IMG/VR virus record: IMGVR_UViG_3300042934_000354
Origin: an uncultured virus (IMG/VR IMGVR_UViG_3300042934_000354)
Taxonomy: Duplodnaviria > Heunggongvirae > Uroviricota > Caudoviricetes
DNA: 64,000 nt
Direction: 5' to 3' (one strand)
Positions 54,988 to 64,000 of this stretch are shown here, piece after piece. The number at the start of each line of letters is the position of its first letter. The first letter of the stretch is position 1. The position numbers were made by a program, and so were the translations under genes. The notes beneath the pieces are model-generated. The model was given only the letters and a program-made list of their open reading frames with translations. It ran no database searches and was not told where the DNA came from.

Positions 54988-55320
54988 ATGAAATTACTAA
55001 CAGTGCGAATGAACGATCGAAAGGGAGACGAAACAGATTTTGTTGAGTTAGATATTGGAGACGTAGATTACATTAATGTATGGCACCGCACAAAAAACTC
55101 TTATGGAGTACCCGCATTCCATACTTTTTACGGATCTTACATCTGTCTTTGTAACTTGGGAGATTTAGGAAAAGCCCTTAAACATTTAGGATTTGAACCA
55201 ATGGATCAATCGACTATCATCAATACAAAAAATGTCCAACAAGTAAAGTCAATTGATAATAATGGATCAGTAATTAAATTTGTCAGCGGATTGAAAGTTC
55301 GGATACGCAAGCATATTTGA
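54988..55320 (+). CDS. Stand-alone LytTR-type protein
   Basis: Homolog of 12285-12617. Confidence 0.7.
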   Translation: MKLLTVRMNDRKGDETDFVELDIGDVDYINVWHRTKNSYGVPAFHTFYGSYICLCNLGDLGKALKHLGFEPMDQSTIINTKNVQQVKSIDNNGSVIKFVSGLKVRIRKHI

Positions 55321-55533
55321 TATGTGATTGTCAACCCCTCCACTGTTGTTGGACGGGTACAATCGTTCGACCTCGTTCGACAGCGTTTTCATAAATAGAG
55401 TGATATATTAACGACATAAAGTAATTAGTACTAAAGGGCAGGTGATTATTGCAGAATTATGTATTATGATTGTTTGTAGTACTCCGTACGGAGTACTAAC
55501 AACCGGGTCGGAGCAGCTGAATGCCGCTCAAGC

Positions 55534-55746
55534 CTACTGTTTATTAAAGTCATAGAGATCATCGATGTAGCAACCCAATGCCACGGCAATTGTTTTCGCA
55601 GTAGCGAGAGACATTACCTTCCGATTATTCGCGTAATCAGATATTTGGGCCTTTGGCATATTTAATTCACCGGCTAGCCATTGTTGATTCTGCCTGATTT
55701 CTCTAAGTCTTTTCTTCAGTAGGCAACGACCAGGTACATAACCCAT
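55534..55746 (-). CDS. XRE HTH regulator
   Basis: Homolog of 12831-13043. Confidence 0.85.
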   Translation of the reverse strand: MGYVPGRCLLKKRLREIRQNQQWLAGELNMPKAQISDYANNRKVMSLATAKTIAVALGCYIDDLYDFNKQ

Positions 55747-55858
55747 GTCGATGTCACCTATATTTTTTTATTTAAAATACGAACATACATTCCGTAATGC
55801 CCAGTGATGTGGTAATATTAACGGATCATCGCTGTAAAAACTCTAAGGGGTTGTTTCA

Positions 55859-56029
55859 ATGGACAAGGTAAAGATGGACATAACAAGACAAACGTTGGAA
55901 GAGCTAGGAGTACGGACAAGCCGCATATTGCAAGGTATTGAATCAATGAGCCCCCTGGACATGAAGCCTGAGTACATTAAAGCTTATCTTCTTTTGCGCC
56001 TTGAACCGCAGGAACTTGTTTCTTCATAG
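55859..56029 (+). CDS. Small protein (56 aa), candidate antirepressor
   Basis: Differs from 13156-13326 at three residues. Confidence 0.6.
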   Translation: MDKVKMDITRQTLEELGVRTSRILQGIESMSPLDMKPEYIKAYLLLRLEPQELVSS

Positions 56030-56396
56030 ACCGTTCGGCCCTGACCAGTGCAATAAACCTTCTTACGTCTTCGTCATCCAACTTTATCCCATCCACGATA
56101 AAGTCCATTTTTGCTATGATCTCTTCATCTGTAAGGTCCAAGGAATCAATTAAAACCCGGGATGGTTCCGACAGGACCTGCTCTGGGTTTTCTGTTCTTC
56201 CCTGTAAGTAATCAACTGAACAATTAAAATAATCGGCTATTTTATTCATTCGCTCTTTTCTTGGGTCTCCATTATTTGATTCATATCTTCTTATTGAAGA
56301 TGCTGGCACATCTAATGCTGCTGCAAGTTCCTCTTGAGTAAGTCCTCTCCTTTCCCTAAGTTCTTTCAATATTTCCTTAAATGGTCTATTAGGCAA
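55977..56396 (-). CDS. CI-like immunity repressor
   Basis: SD AAGGAGTG + TTG 56396; diverged HTH, C-terminus almost identical to the P2 repressor. Confidence 0.9.
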   Translation of the reverse strand: MPNRPFKEILKELRERRGLTQEELAAALDVPASSIRRYESNNGDPRKERMNKIADYFNCSVDYLQGRTENPEQVLSEPSRVLIDSLDLTDEEIIAKMDFIVDGIKLDDEDVRRFIALVRAERSMKKQVPAVQGAKEDKL

Positions 56397-56437
56397 TTTA
56401 ACCACTCCTTGTATTTGTTTTAATATTACAGCAAAAT

Positions 56438-56535
56438 GCTCGTATAATAAACGTTTGAAAATCGAGCTAAAAAGTATTGACACGCTCGATAAACGAGCAT
56501 ATAATAAACCCATAAGCAACGCTCGATAAACGAGC
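56438..56535. promoter_or_regulatory. P3 operators GCTCG-N5-CGAGC and rightward promoter
   Basis: Perfect copies 56484-56498 and 56521-56535; distal copy 56770-56784; TTGACA-17-TATAAT. Confidence 0.85.
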
Positions 56536-56556
56536 ATGAAGAAAGGGGGTTTAACA

Positions 56557-56796
56557 GTGACTAAAAAAAATCTAGTACCGTTAACGAGTTTAATCAATGC
56601 TCGCAAGGAAATGAAGCTAACTCAAGAAGAGTTGGCGACACTTGCTGGCATATCAAGAGCATTAATTAGTAACATTGAAAGGGGAGAATATAACCCTTCA
56701 TTGCATGTTGCATATCGCATATCTCGAACATTAAAAAAACCAATTGAACAGATTTTTTTTAATTCAAACGCTCGAAAAACGAACATTTCAGCATAA
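56557..56796 (+). CDS. Cro-like HTH protein
   Basis: LTQEELA...ISNIERGEYNPSL. Confidence 0.9.
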   Translation: MTKKNLVPLTSLINARKEMKLTQEELATLAGISRALISNIERGEYNPSLHVAYRISRTLKKPIEQIFFNSNARKTNISA

Positions 56797-56810
56797 AGGA
56801 GAGGTTATGT

Positions 56811-57632
56811 ATGAACCAACTCAGGATCGTAAGTAAAGGTGGTAAGTTGCTCGCTGATAGTAGGGAAATCGCTTTAATGATTGGCAAAAGACATGACAAT
56901 TTGCTAAGGGATGTGGATTTTTACGTTTCTGTTCTTAATGAATCAACCTCCTCAGATTTGAGGGCGTTAACCGGACCAGATTTGGACCCGTTGAACTTCT
57001 TCATTGAGGAGACATACATCGACTCCAAAGGTGAAGAACGAAGACGGTATGACATAACAAAAAAAGGCTGCGACATGGTAGCTAACAAAATGACTGGAGC
57101 TAAAGGAGTTCTCTTCACCGCAACTTATGTAACTCGCTTTGAAGAGATGGAACGTAAATTGCTGAATCCTGAAACTCCGTCATACATGATTCCTGATCCT
57201 GTAGAACGTGCAAAGAAATGGATTGCTGAGGAAGAGACACGTCAGAATCTTGAATCTAAAACACTTCTGCTGGAACAACAATTATCAGAAATAGAACCTA
57301 AACTTACTTACCTCGATAAAATACTAACTTCTAAAGGGACAATTACCATTACTCAGATTGCAAAGGACTACGGATTATCCGGATCAGCACTCAACAAGAT
57401 ACTCCATGAAGAAAGAATACAATACAAGGTCAACAAACAATGGGTTCTTTACACCAAATATACAAATAAAGGATTAACCCAGTCAGAAACTATTGACATT
57501 AAAAGAAGCAACGGAGAGCCAGACGTGACAATGAATACCCGATGGACACAAAAAGGACGGCTATTCATACACGAAATAATGACTAAACGTGGAATTATCG
57601 CATTCATGGATAGAGAAAGCTTGGGTGCATAA
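56811..57632 (+). CDS. Rha-N / KilAC (ANT) antirepressor-type protein
   Basis: DSREIA.MIGKRH..LLRD; ITQIAKDYG...WTQKGRLFI. Confidence 0.9.
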   Translation: MNQLRIVSKGGKLLADSREIALMIGKRHDNLLRDVDFYVSVLNESTSSDLRALTGPDLDPLNFFIEETYIDSKGEERRRYDITKKGCDMVANKMTGAKGVLFTATYVTRFEEMERKLLNPETPSYMIPDPVERAKKWIAEEETRQNLESKTLLLEQQLSEIEPKLTYLDKILTSKGTITITQIAKDYGLSGSALNKILHEERIQYKVNKQWVLYTKYTNKGLTQSETIDIKRSNGEPDVTMNTRWTQKGRLFIHEIMTKRGIIAFMDRESLGA

Positions 57633-58068
57633 AGTGAGTGAATTAAACCCATACGAGAGCATGATCAAATTCGGACGAATACTTGTTGGTGCACCTAATG
57701 TTGATATGGCAGAACAAAAACCTGAATTAATAATTCATTTTGTGAAATTGGTCGAAAAGGATCTGCTGTTCAAGCCAATAGATGATTTCTTCTTATTATT
57801 CCCTCCAATTAAAAGATATAAGGATGACGGCTCATGGGATTACTTCTCGACTCAAAAGATGAGAGAGGAAAAGCTAGGAACACATTTCGGAAAAGGTGAT
57901 CTTGCTCATTTGCTTATGACTACTTGTTACGAGAATAAGTTCATTCAAGCTCTAGGGGACGCACTTATTGAATCCATAACGAACATGCACAGGAACACAA
58001 CTGGTAGAAGTTTGATGATGGACTTTCTCGCACAGAACGGAGCTAAGTTCACGTTTATACCAGATTGA
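57589..58068 (+). CDS. Hypothetical protein (start uncertain)
   Basis: FPP.K.Y.D...WDYF motif; absent from P2. Confidence 0.6.
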   Translation: MELSHSWIEKAWVHKVSELNPYESMIKFGRILVGAPNVDMAEQKPELIIHFVKLVEKDLLFKPIDDFFLLFPPIKRYKDDGSWDYFSTQKMREEKLGTHFGKGDLAHLLMTTCYENKFIQALGDALIESITNMHRNTTGRSLMMDFLAQNGAKFTFIPD

Positions 58069-58136
58069 TTACTAGTATCAATTATATACCGACACCAATC
58101 GACTTAAAAGGATAAAACTTCCAAGGAGGCTACAGC

Positions 58137-58280
58137 ATGAAACTGCAACCACAAGGCAAAAACCCTGGACTATCACCGCAGGCTTGGTACAAATTGCACG
58201 TGAGATTAGCGCGGATGAACTTGAAGTACCGGAAGCAGCTGATGGAGGCATACGTGAAAGGGGAGAAGAAAGTTGGATAA
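58137..58280 (+). CDS. Small basic protein (47 aa)
   Basis: Identical to 14817-14960. Confidence 0.7.
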   Translation: MKLQPQGKNPGLSPQAWYKLHVRLARMNLKYRKQLMEAYVKGEKKVG

Positions 58281-58401
58281 CAAAAGCACACTTATACAGT
58301 TGATCGATTACTGGCTGGATACGGCTGAGGACTCAGAGATCCTTGCAGACCGCATCATTAAACAGTTGGGCCTAACCGACATCCAAGAAGTGGAGGTGTA
58401 A
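58273..58401 (+). CDS. Small acidic protein (42 aa) present only in P3
   Basis: Uses the same SD/TTG as P2 14953; MDNKSTLIQLIDYWLD... Confidence 0.55.
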   Translation: MDNKSTLIQLIDYWLDTAEDSEILADRIIKQLGLTDIQEVEV

Positions 58402-58402
58402 C

Positions 58403-58669
58403 ATGATCGAACTGGCCCTATTACCGGCACACGAGAGGTTGGCTGAGCTGCACATGATATCCAAGAAACGCAAACTCAGAAAGTCGGAGCAAACGGAACT
58501 GGATCAATGCATGGAGCTTAACGCTAAGGTCATGATTGAGATCGGATATATCAAAAACGAATCACAAATGTCCCACAAGATTGACGATGTGGAATGGCAG
58601 CACGACATCTGCGCCCGGATCGAGGCAGTAAGCAAGAAATTCATTCGAGGGGGAATATACAGTGGCTAA
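58403..58669 (+). CDS. Hypothetical protein
   Basis: Homolog of 14953-15216. Confidence 0.7.
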   Translation: MIELALLPAHERLAELHMISKKRKLRKSEQTELDQCMELNAKVMIEIGYIKNESQMSHKIDDVEWQHDICARIEAVSKKFIRGGIYSG

Positions 58670-58874
58670 GAAGCAATCGGAGATTCGGAAATTCACATCG
58701 GTGTACACCTTCAAAATTCCAAATGAGCCTAAATGCGGCTGCGGACGTGACGCAGAGTACGAGGTATACGATCACCACGAGCCACATTGTCAATCCTGCA
58801 TGCTTGAGGCGGTAGATTGCCAGATCCCGGTGATGGTGCGGAGACTTGAAGGAGGGTTTGACGATGCAAGCTGA
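58662..58874 (+). CDS. Small Cys/His-rich protein
   Basis: Homolog of 15209-15421. Confidence 0.75.
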   Translation: MAKKQSEIRKFTSVYTFKIPNEPKCGCGRDAEYEVYDHHEPHCQSCMLEAVDCQIPVMVRRLEGGFDDAS

Positions 58875-59076
58875 TACAGAGTTCATCGTAGATACAGAGT
58901 GCGGCCGGCACTTCTGTTGGTCGGCTCCGGACTATGAATACTTGGTGCGGAAGATACACGACCGGGGATACAAAGCAACGTTCATCAAACCCTACGAGGA
59001 ATACCTTGCTGAAATGGAACTTGCTGCTGAGTTTATGAAACGCGAAGAGGAAAGAGAGCTGAAAGAATCTGCTTAA
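58864..59076 (+). CDS. Hypothetical protein
   Basis: Homolog of 15411-15611. Confidence 0.7.
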   Translation: MQADTEFIVDTECGRHFCWSAPDYEYLVRKIHDRGYKATFIKPYEEYLAEMELAAEFMKREEERELKESA

Positions 59077-59123
59077 GACGGTACTGGACATAATCGAACA
59101 TTACGGGAAGGAGACGAAGGAGG

Positions 59124-59276
59124 ATGATCCCACAGGACCGGACACTATACCTGGAACTGGCGAAGCAGAGGCCGAATGATAAACGCTGGGTGAGGACGTG
59201 CTTTAAGAACTACGCAAGGGTGCTAAAAAGAGAATGGGCAGCCGTTGGAGGGCCACCCATGTCAGTTGCTTTATAA
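59124..59276 (+). CDS. Small basic protein (50 aa)
   Basis: SD; MIPQDRTLYLELAK... Confidence 0.5.
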   Translation: MIPQDRTLYLELAKQRPNDKRWVRTCFKNYARVLKREWAAVGGPPMSVAL

Positions 59277-59317
59277 AATTCACAAATTAATTCTACCACG
59301 GAAAGGGTGAGTGATCA

Positions 59318-60193
59318 ATGCAAGCACTTCGCTTAGTTGGCACAAAGGACCTAGAACATGAGGACTGGCTGGAATGGCGTAAGCGCGGGATTGGTGGATC
59401 TGATGTAGCTGCGATCTGCGGACTGAGCCGGTATAAATCGGCCTTGGAAGTCTACCTGGATAAGATCGGAGAGATACCGCCGATTCCTGACAATCCAAAA
59501 ATGAAGGCTGGCCGGATACTTGAGCCGGTTGTCGCGGACTGGTTTGCAGAAGAAACCGGCATCCGGGTCCAGAAGCAGAATTACATCTTCCAACATAAAG
59601 ACTACCCGTTCATGCTGGCGAATATTGACCGCTGGGTTCCCGGGGAGAATGCGGGGCTTGAGATTAAAAATACTGCTGAGTATTCGCGTAACAACTGGTT
59701 TGATGGGCAAACCGAGATCATTCCCACGGAGTATCAGCTACAGGCTAACCACTATATGGCGGTGACCGGTGCGGACAAATGGTATGTGGCCGTGCTGATC
59801 GGCGGTTGGGACTTTCAGTGGCGGGTGATCGAGCGTGACGACAACCTGATCAAGAACCTTATCACCATTGAAGAAAACTTTTGGACACAGCATGTTACGG
59901 CCGGAGTACTTCCGGAAGTTAAGGCTCAGGACACGGATCTGATGAACTATATGTACCCTGCCAGCGCCCCTACAAGCGTCAACATCAGCGAGGCATACTA
60001 CGAACTCATTAAGAGACTCATAGACACGAAACAGGCCTTAAAACAGGCCGAGGAAGCCCATGAAGATGTGAAGAACAAAGTTAAAAACCTTATGGGCGAA
60101 AACGAACTGGCTTTATGGCAGGGCGAAAAGTTCTGTTCTTGGAAAACAAATGCACGCGGCAGTCGCGTATTCAAAATAATCGGAGGTCTATAA
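59318..60193 (+). CDS. yqaJ: YqaJ-like viral recombinase exonuclease
   Basis: W...RKRGIGGSD, ANID, LEIK, YQLQ..HYM.VTG. Confidence 0.93.
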   Translation: MQALRLVGTKDLEHEDWLEWRKRGIGGSDVAAICGLSRYKSALEVYLDKIGEIPPIPDNPKMKAGRILEPVVADWFAEETGIRVQKQNYIFQHKDYPFMLANIDRWVPGENAGLEIKNTAEYSRNNWFDGQTEIIPTEYQLQANHYMAVTGADKWYVAVLIGGWDFQWRVIERDDNLIKNLITIEENFWTQHVTAGVLPEVKAQDTDLMNYMYPASAPTSVNISEAYYELIKRLIDTKQALKQAEEAHEDVKNKVKNLMGENELALWQGEKFCSWKTNARGSRVFKIIGGL

Positions 60194-60196
60194 ACC

Positions 60197-61039
60197 ATGA
60201 ATATGAAAGCACCCACTAACCAAAACGCACTAGCAGGAGCATTGACCGGAATTGCTACAGCACCAGCAACCAGAGGCAAAACCATCAATGACCTGTTTGA
60301 GCAGATGAAGCCAGCGATTGCACAAGCCATCCCGAAACACCTCACTCCTGACCGTCTCCTACGTATTGCAACAACCAGCATACGGACTAACCCCAAACTG
60401 AAGGTATGCACGCCCGAGAGCCTTCTAGGAGCTGTAATGCAGTGTGCGCAGCTGGGACTTGAGCCTTCCATCCTTGGTCATGCTTACCTCATTCCATATA
60501 AGAATAAAGGCGTGGACGAATGCCAGTTTCAGATTGGTTACAAAGGCCTGATAGAGCTTGCCCGGCGCACCGGACAGATCAGCAGCATCATGGCCCAGGC
60601 AGTCCACCAGAATGATGAATTTGAGTACGAATATGGTATCAACGAAAAGCTGCGGCACGTTCCGGCAGACGGTGAGCGCGGCCCCGTAGTGAAATATTAC
60701 TCTTACGCCAAGTTCAAAGACGGCGGCTACTCCTTCATGGTCATGAGTCGCCAGGATATCATGATCCACCGCGATAAATTCAGCAAGGCCAAGACTTACG
60801 GCCCATGGGTTGACCACTTTGACGAGATGGCGAAGAAGACCGTGCTTAAGGCGCTAATGAAATATATGCCGATCAGCGTAGAGTTCCAGCGTGCCGTGGA
60901 TCAGGACGAAACAACCAAACATTTCGAGTCCGGGACTGATGATATGAGCGAGATTGTGGATGTAACAGATTGGGCAGAAGCTCCCGGTGAAGTAACAGAA
61001 GTCAGTGAAGATCCGAATCAGGCTGCACTCGAAATCTAA
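60197..61039 (+). CDS. recT: RecT-family recombinase
   Basis: AQLGLEP..LGHAYLIPY, FQIGYKG...LARR, MAKKTV. Confidence 0.95.
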   Translation: MNMKAPTNQNALAGALTGIATAPATRGKTINDLFEQMKPAIAQAIPKHLTPDRLLRIATTSIRTNPKLKVCTPESLLGAVMQCAQLGLEPSILGHAYLIPYKNKGVDECQFQIGYKGLIELARRTGQISSIMAQAVHQNDEFEYEYGINEKLRHVPADGERGPVVKYYSYAKFKDGGYSFMVMSRQDIMIHRDKFSKAKTYGPWVDHFDEMAKKTVLKALMKYMPISVEFQRAVDQDETTKHFESGTDDMSEIVDVTDWAEAPGEVTEVSEDPNQAALEI

Positions 61040-61047
61040 TCGGAGGT

Positions 61048-61425
61048 GTGACCATGCAAAAGAAGAAGAAAAAGGAAGTATCGGCGTGGAAAAAGGACAT
61101 TCTCAAGCACCATAAAAAGAGTAAGACCCGTTCACAGCGTGCAGAGTTTCCCCTGTGGGTAGTCGGTGAACTAATTGCTGAGTCCGGTGGTCTTTGCCAA
61201 GTCTGCTTCGTCAGCCGCGGAACTCAAACACATCACATCATGCCCCGGAGCGGATCCGGCCGGGGCGTTAAAGAGAACGGACTTCGTGTCTGCAATTACT
61301 GCCACAAGGTGATCCATGAGAAGAACTCTGTGCTGAACAAATACATTGAGCTGCAGCGTGAGAAGTACGGAGAAAACTTTTGGTTCGATGAACTTGATCG
61401 AATCCAGTACAAGGAGGAAGCCTGA
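61048..61425 (+). CDS. HNH endonuclease
   Basis: CQVC...HHI.PRS..G.....N...C..CH..IH. Confidence 0.85.
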   Translation: MTMQKKKKKEVSAWKKDILKHHKKSKTRSQRAEFPLWVVGELIAESGGLCQVCFVSRGTQTHHIMPRSGSGRGVKENGLRVCNYCHKVIHEKNSVLNKYIELQREKYGENFWFDELDRIQYKEEA

Positions 61426-61646
61426 TGTTCAAACGTTTCTTGGCATCATTATCCGGCACTCTCACAGACGAGCTAGAACAGGCCAAACAGGCGTCATTCA
61501 TCGACTTGGTAGTTTTACTGGAGCGTAAGCTCAAACGATCCTTAGGGGCAAACGAGCTTCGCGTGGTATGGAGCATGGATGATATTCAGACGGAAGTTAT
61601 TACAAATCTACTGAAAGAGGCGAAAATTAATGAGCAGAGAAATTAA
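61425..61646 (+). CDS. Hypothetical protein
   Basis: Homolog of 18051-18287. Confidence 0.7.
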   Translation: MFKRFLASLSGTLTDELEQAKQASFIDLVVLLERKLKRSLGANELRVVWSMDDIQTEVITNLLKEAKINEQRN

Positions 61647-62055
61647 ATTCCGCGTTTGGGATAACGAAAATAAAAGTTTCTTCAGAGATACAAATAGGGC
61701 GTACGAGAATGTAATAGAGCAATTGGTTATATCACCTGCCGGAGACATCAACCTTCGCAAAATGGATGGGATGTACCATGAATCAATGTTCCCAGGACGG
61801 TTTGTTTTGCAACAATACACTGGATTAAAAGACAAAAATGGAATGGATATTTATGAAGGTGACATCATTCGGCACGAAGACTTCTCTATTGGCTGCACAG
61901 TCGATTTGAACATCACAGGTGTTGTGAAAATGGTAGACGGTTCATGGTGTGTGGAGCGTGGAGATAACGGTGATTACCTGTTTACCGAAACAGGAACGAA
62001 TGAAGTATTAGGTTCAATCCACGAAAATCCAGAACTGCTGGAGGTCACCCCATGA
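61630..62055 (+). CDS. YopX-family protein
   Basis: Homolog of 18271-18696. Confidence 0.92.
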   Translation: MSREIKFRVWDNENKSFFRDTNRAYENVIEQLVISPAGDINLRKMDGMYHESMFPGRFVLQQYTGLKDKNGMDIYEGDIIRHEDFSIGCTVDLNITGVVKMVDGSWCVERGDNGDYLFTETGTNEVLGSIHENPELLEVTP

Positions 62056-62192
62056 AACAACTCGTAACCCGTGACCAGCACGGAACCATATGCACCGTGC
62101 GTGAAGAGACGCTGCCCACCTTAAACGACATGCTGATTCGTATATGTGTGTCTATCTTACTCTTGGCGGCATCATTGGCGGTGCTGATATGA
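62052..62192 (+). CDS. Small membrane protein (46 aa)
   Basis: Homolog of 18693-18833. Confidence 0.7.
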   Translation: MKQLVTRDQHGTICTVREETLPTLNDMLIRICVSILLLAASLAVLI

Positions 62193-62410
62193 CCCGCAAG
62201 GAAACGCTGCTGAATCTGGATGAACTACTCAAGGTTTGCAGCAGCTGCACTAAGAAGAAAACAGCCGGATACCTATCTACCCAACACAACCGGTTCCAGC
62301 ACTATTGCCACAATACATGTAAGACAGGAAAGAAGCTGCAAAGTATCGCAGATGACCTGGACGCAGAAGTCCGGGCGCGGAGGAAGCAAAAGAAAGGGAT
62401 GAGCGCATGA
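62189..62410 (+). CDS. Zinc-finger protein
   Basis: CSSC...YC...C.TGKKLQ. Confidence 0.7.
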   Translation: MTRKETLLNLDELLKVCSSCTKKKTAGYLSTQHNRFQHYCHNTCKTGKKLQSIADDLDAEVRARRKQKKGMSA

Positions 62411-62622
62411 CTACCGGAACGCGCGTTACCGCAAAAACCTTCTGGGTATGGACGGAGACAGCAGCCGCAGCGAATCCCTGCCGGATCCCGGGCGCTCCGG
62501 TGCAGCAGCAATTCTTCAACTACGGCAGTTCTGCCCCGGCCGGTTGGCTGGAGCGTGAGTACATCGTTGATGCAGAAGATTATGAGGGACAAGTTGATTT
62601 ATTCGGGGTGGTGAGCGCATGA
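62407..62622 (+). CDS. Hypothetical protein
   Basis: ATGA coupling. Confidence 0.6.
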   Translation: MTTGTRVTAKTFWVWTETAAAANPCRIPGAPVQQQFFNYGSSAPAGWLEREYIVDAEDYEGQVDLFGVVSA

Positions 62623-62813
62623 GCAGAAGAAGTCAATTAATCGCAGACATCTCCGTTATGAAACGGGAAATCGAAGTATACGAAAACTGTTTGCTATACG
62701 CAACGAAATACAGCGTGTTAGGAGATATCGAATACTACGGCGAGTTGAGGAATCACATAACCCGCCGTATCGAAAAAGCCGAGGCTGAGCTGCAGCAGTT
62801 AAAGAGTGCTTAG
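62619..62813 (+). CDS. Hypothetical protein
   Basis: ATGA coupling. Confidence 0.6.
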   Translation: MSRRSQLIADISVMKREIEVYENCLLYATKYSVLGDIEYYGELRNHITRRIEKAEAELQQLKSA

Positions 62814-63043
62814 TCCGGGATGTATTCCAGAAGATCCCCTACGTTGCAATCAAAATGCTCACAAAGCTTATTGAGAGTTTCATAGTCAATTCTCTTATTC
62901 TTTTCATCCCAGATATTGGTGAGGGTGCGCCGGTCCAATTCCGTCACCCTTGCCAACTCAGATATATTTCTAACTTTATGCTTCAACATTTGTTCGTGGA
63001 GTTTGCTTTTAATCACATTATTCACCAGCCATTTTATAGTCAT
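62810..63043 (-). CDS. HTH_26 regulator
   Basis: Homolog of 18988-19206. Confidence 0.88.
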   Translation of the reverse strand: MTIKWLVNNVIKSKLHEQMLKHKVRNISELARVTELDRRTLTNIWDEKNKRIDYETLNKLCEHFDCNVGDLLEYIPD

Positions 63044-63159
63044 AACCTATTTCTATCATATACATCATGCCCATAAAGTAAATGATTCAGAACATTATGT
63101 ACAAGTAGATGTACAAATTGCGTAACTTATAGTAAGATAAGTACAAAGAGGTGATAACA

Positions 63160-63330
63160 ATGTTAGTAGACGCAAAAGACATTCAAAAGAAGTACAAGAT
63201 CAGCAGACCCACCGTCTACGAGCTGATTAAAGAAGGTATGCCGCACATTCGAATCTCTGAACGGATACTGCGGTTTGATCCAGACGAAGTTATGCGGTGG
63301 TTTGAGGAACGTCAAACCAAGGCGGTGTAA
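63160..63330 (+). CDS. AlpA/Xis-like protein
   Basis: MLVDAKDIQKKYKISRPTVYELIKEGMP...RFDPDEVMRW; SD GAGGTG. Confidence 0.8.
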   Translation: MLVDAKDIQKKYKISRPTVYELIKEGMPHIRISERILRFDPDEVMRWFEERQTKAV

Positions 63331-63332
63331 TC

Positions 63333-64000
63333 ATGGCAAAAAAGGCTCCATTCTTTTCGCACGATATGAACGCCAGACATGACCCGAAAATATCAGCAAT
63401 GCGCGGCGTATATGGTGCCGAAGGGTATGGGTGGTTCTGGATGCTAAATGAACTCATGGCCGAATCAGACGGGTATCAACTGGATTGTAAGAGCAAGTAC
63501 GCATTCAATGCTTATGCAATGCAATTGCAATGCAAATCAGATATTTTGCAGAAATTTGTATCGGATTGCATTGAAGAATTCGAACTGTATGCAACGGACG
63601 GAATCACATTTTGGTCTAATTCCCTTCGAAAAAGGATGCAATATCGGGACGCTGTATCAGAAAAACGGTCCGAAGCAGCTAATAAACGATGGGAAAAGAA
63701 GCAATCAGATGCAAATGCATCTAAAAGTGATGCAAATGCAATGCAAAAAAATGCAAACAAAACAAAACAAAACAAAACAAAACTAGAACCTGAAATTCCT
63801 GACACAAATTATCGTCAACAGGTGCTGGAATGGATCAATAAATACGAACTGAAATGCAAGGGAGTTTTACAACTAGAGGAAATTACATCATTCATCGGAA
63901 CAGTTGATATCGAAGTAATAGAATATGCCATTAAGAAGGCTGAAAAGAAAAACGCTCCATATGCCAAAAGAGTACTTGAAGAACTGGTTGAAGAAGGTAA
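63333..64000 (+). CDS. Replication initiator, DUF4373-type N-terminus with DnaD-like C-terminus (partial)
   Basis: FFSHD.NAR.DPKI...YGAEGYG.FW; (A)TGCAAATGC repeats at about 63709-63760. Confidence 0.85.
   Translation, partial: MAKKAPFFSHDMNARHDPKISAMRGVYGAEGYGWFWMLNELMAESDGYQLDCKSKYAFNAYAMQLQCKSDILQKFVSDCIEEFELYATDGITFWSNSLRKRMQYRDAVSEKRSEAANKRWEKKQSDANASKSDANAMQKNANKTKQNKTKLEPEIPDTNYRQQVLEWINKYELKCKGVLQLEEITSFIGTVDIEVIEYAIKKAEKKNAPYAKRVLEELVEEG

Larger units (their letters stand above)
53309..64000 (+). mobile_element. Prophage unit P3, left end (partial)
   Basis: Integrase-to-replication genes colinear with P2 10606-20300 but mosaic. Confidence 0.92.

Noticed and set aside
55977..56606. 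Long N-terminal extensions in the ORF track (e.g. starts 56606, 13756, 1829, 52678, 43469)
   Set aside because: They run across operators, terminators or upstream genes; downstream starts have clear SD sequences

Overview
The whole window is temperate-phage DNA from a Bacillota host, most plausibly Paenibacillus or a relative (judged from the gene families and the SigA/LexA-type signals). It holds three related but distinct prophage units joined head-to-tail with no recognisable host gene. P1 (1-~10605) is a right end: secondary repressor/antirepressor module, ejection-type proteins, lysis genes and an SOS-boxed yhjD-like gene. P2 (~10606-53308) is a complete 42.7 kb unit: serine integrase, immunity, recombination, replication, accessory genes, terminase, P22-like portal, N4-gp56-type capsid, short-tail genes without a tape measure, ejection proteins and lysis. 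P3 (~53309-64000) is a left end from integrase to replication initiator. Comparing homologous loci between the units shows several hidden features. (1) A conserved -1 frameshift signal (TCG GGG GAG stop, then a structure 5 nt downstream) would fuse an ejection protein to an interchangeable peptidoglycan hydrolase. (2) Both junctions are 54-bp attP-like palindromes whose central dinucleotides differ (AA vs TT), although the integrases are nearly identical. (3) An unannotated 56-aa ORF behind a LexA-like box overlaps the shared C-terminus of two repressors that have different operators. (4) The lysis cassette is dual-coded. (5) A four-copy structured intergenic motif, OOP-like antisense mini-transcripts and a frameshifted tail gene are also present. 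All product names come from recognising motifs by eye; no database search was run.
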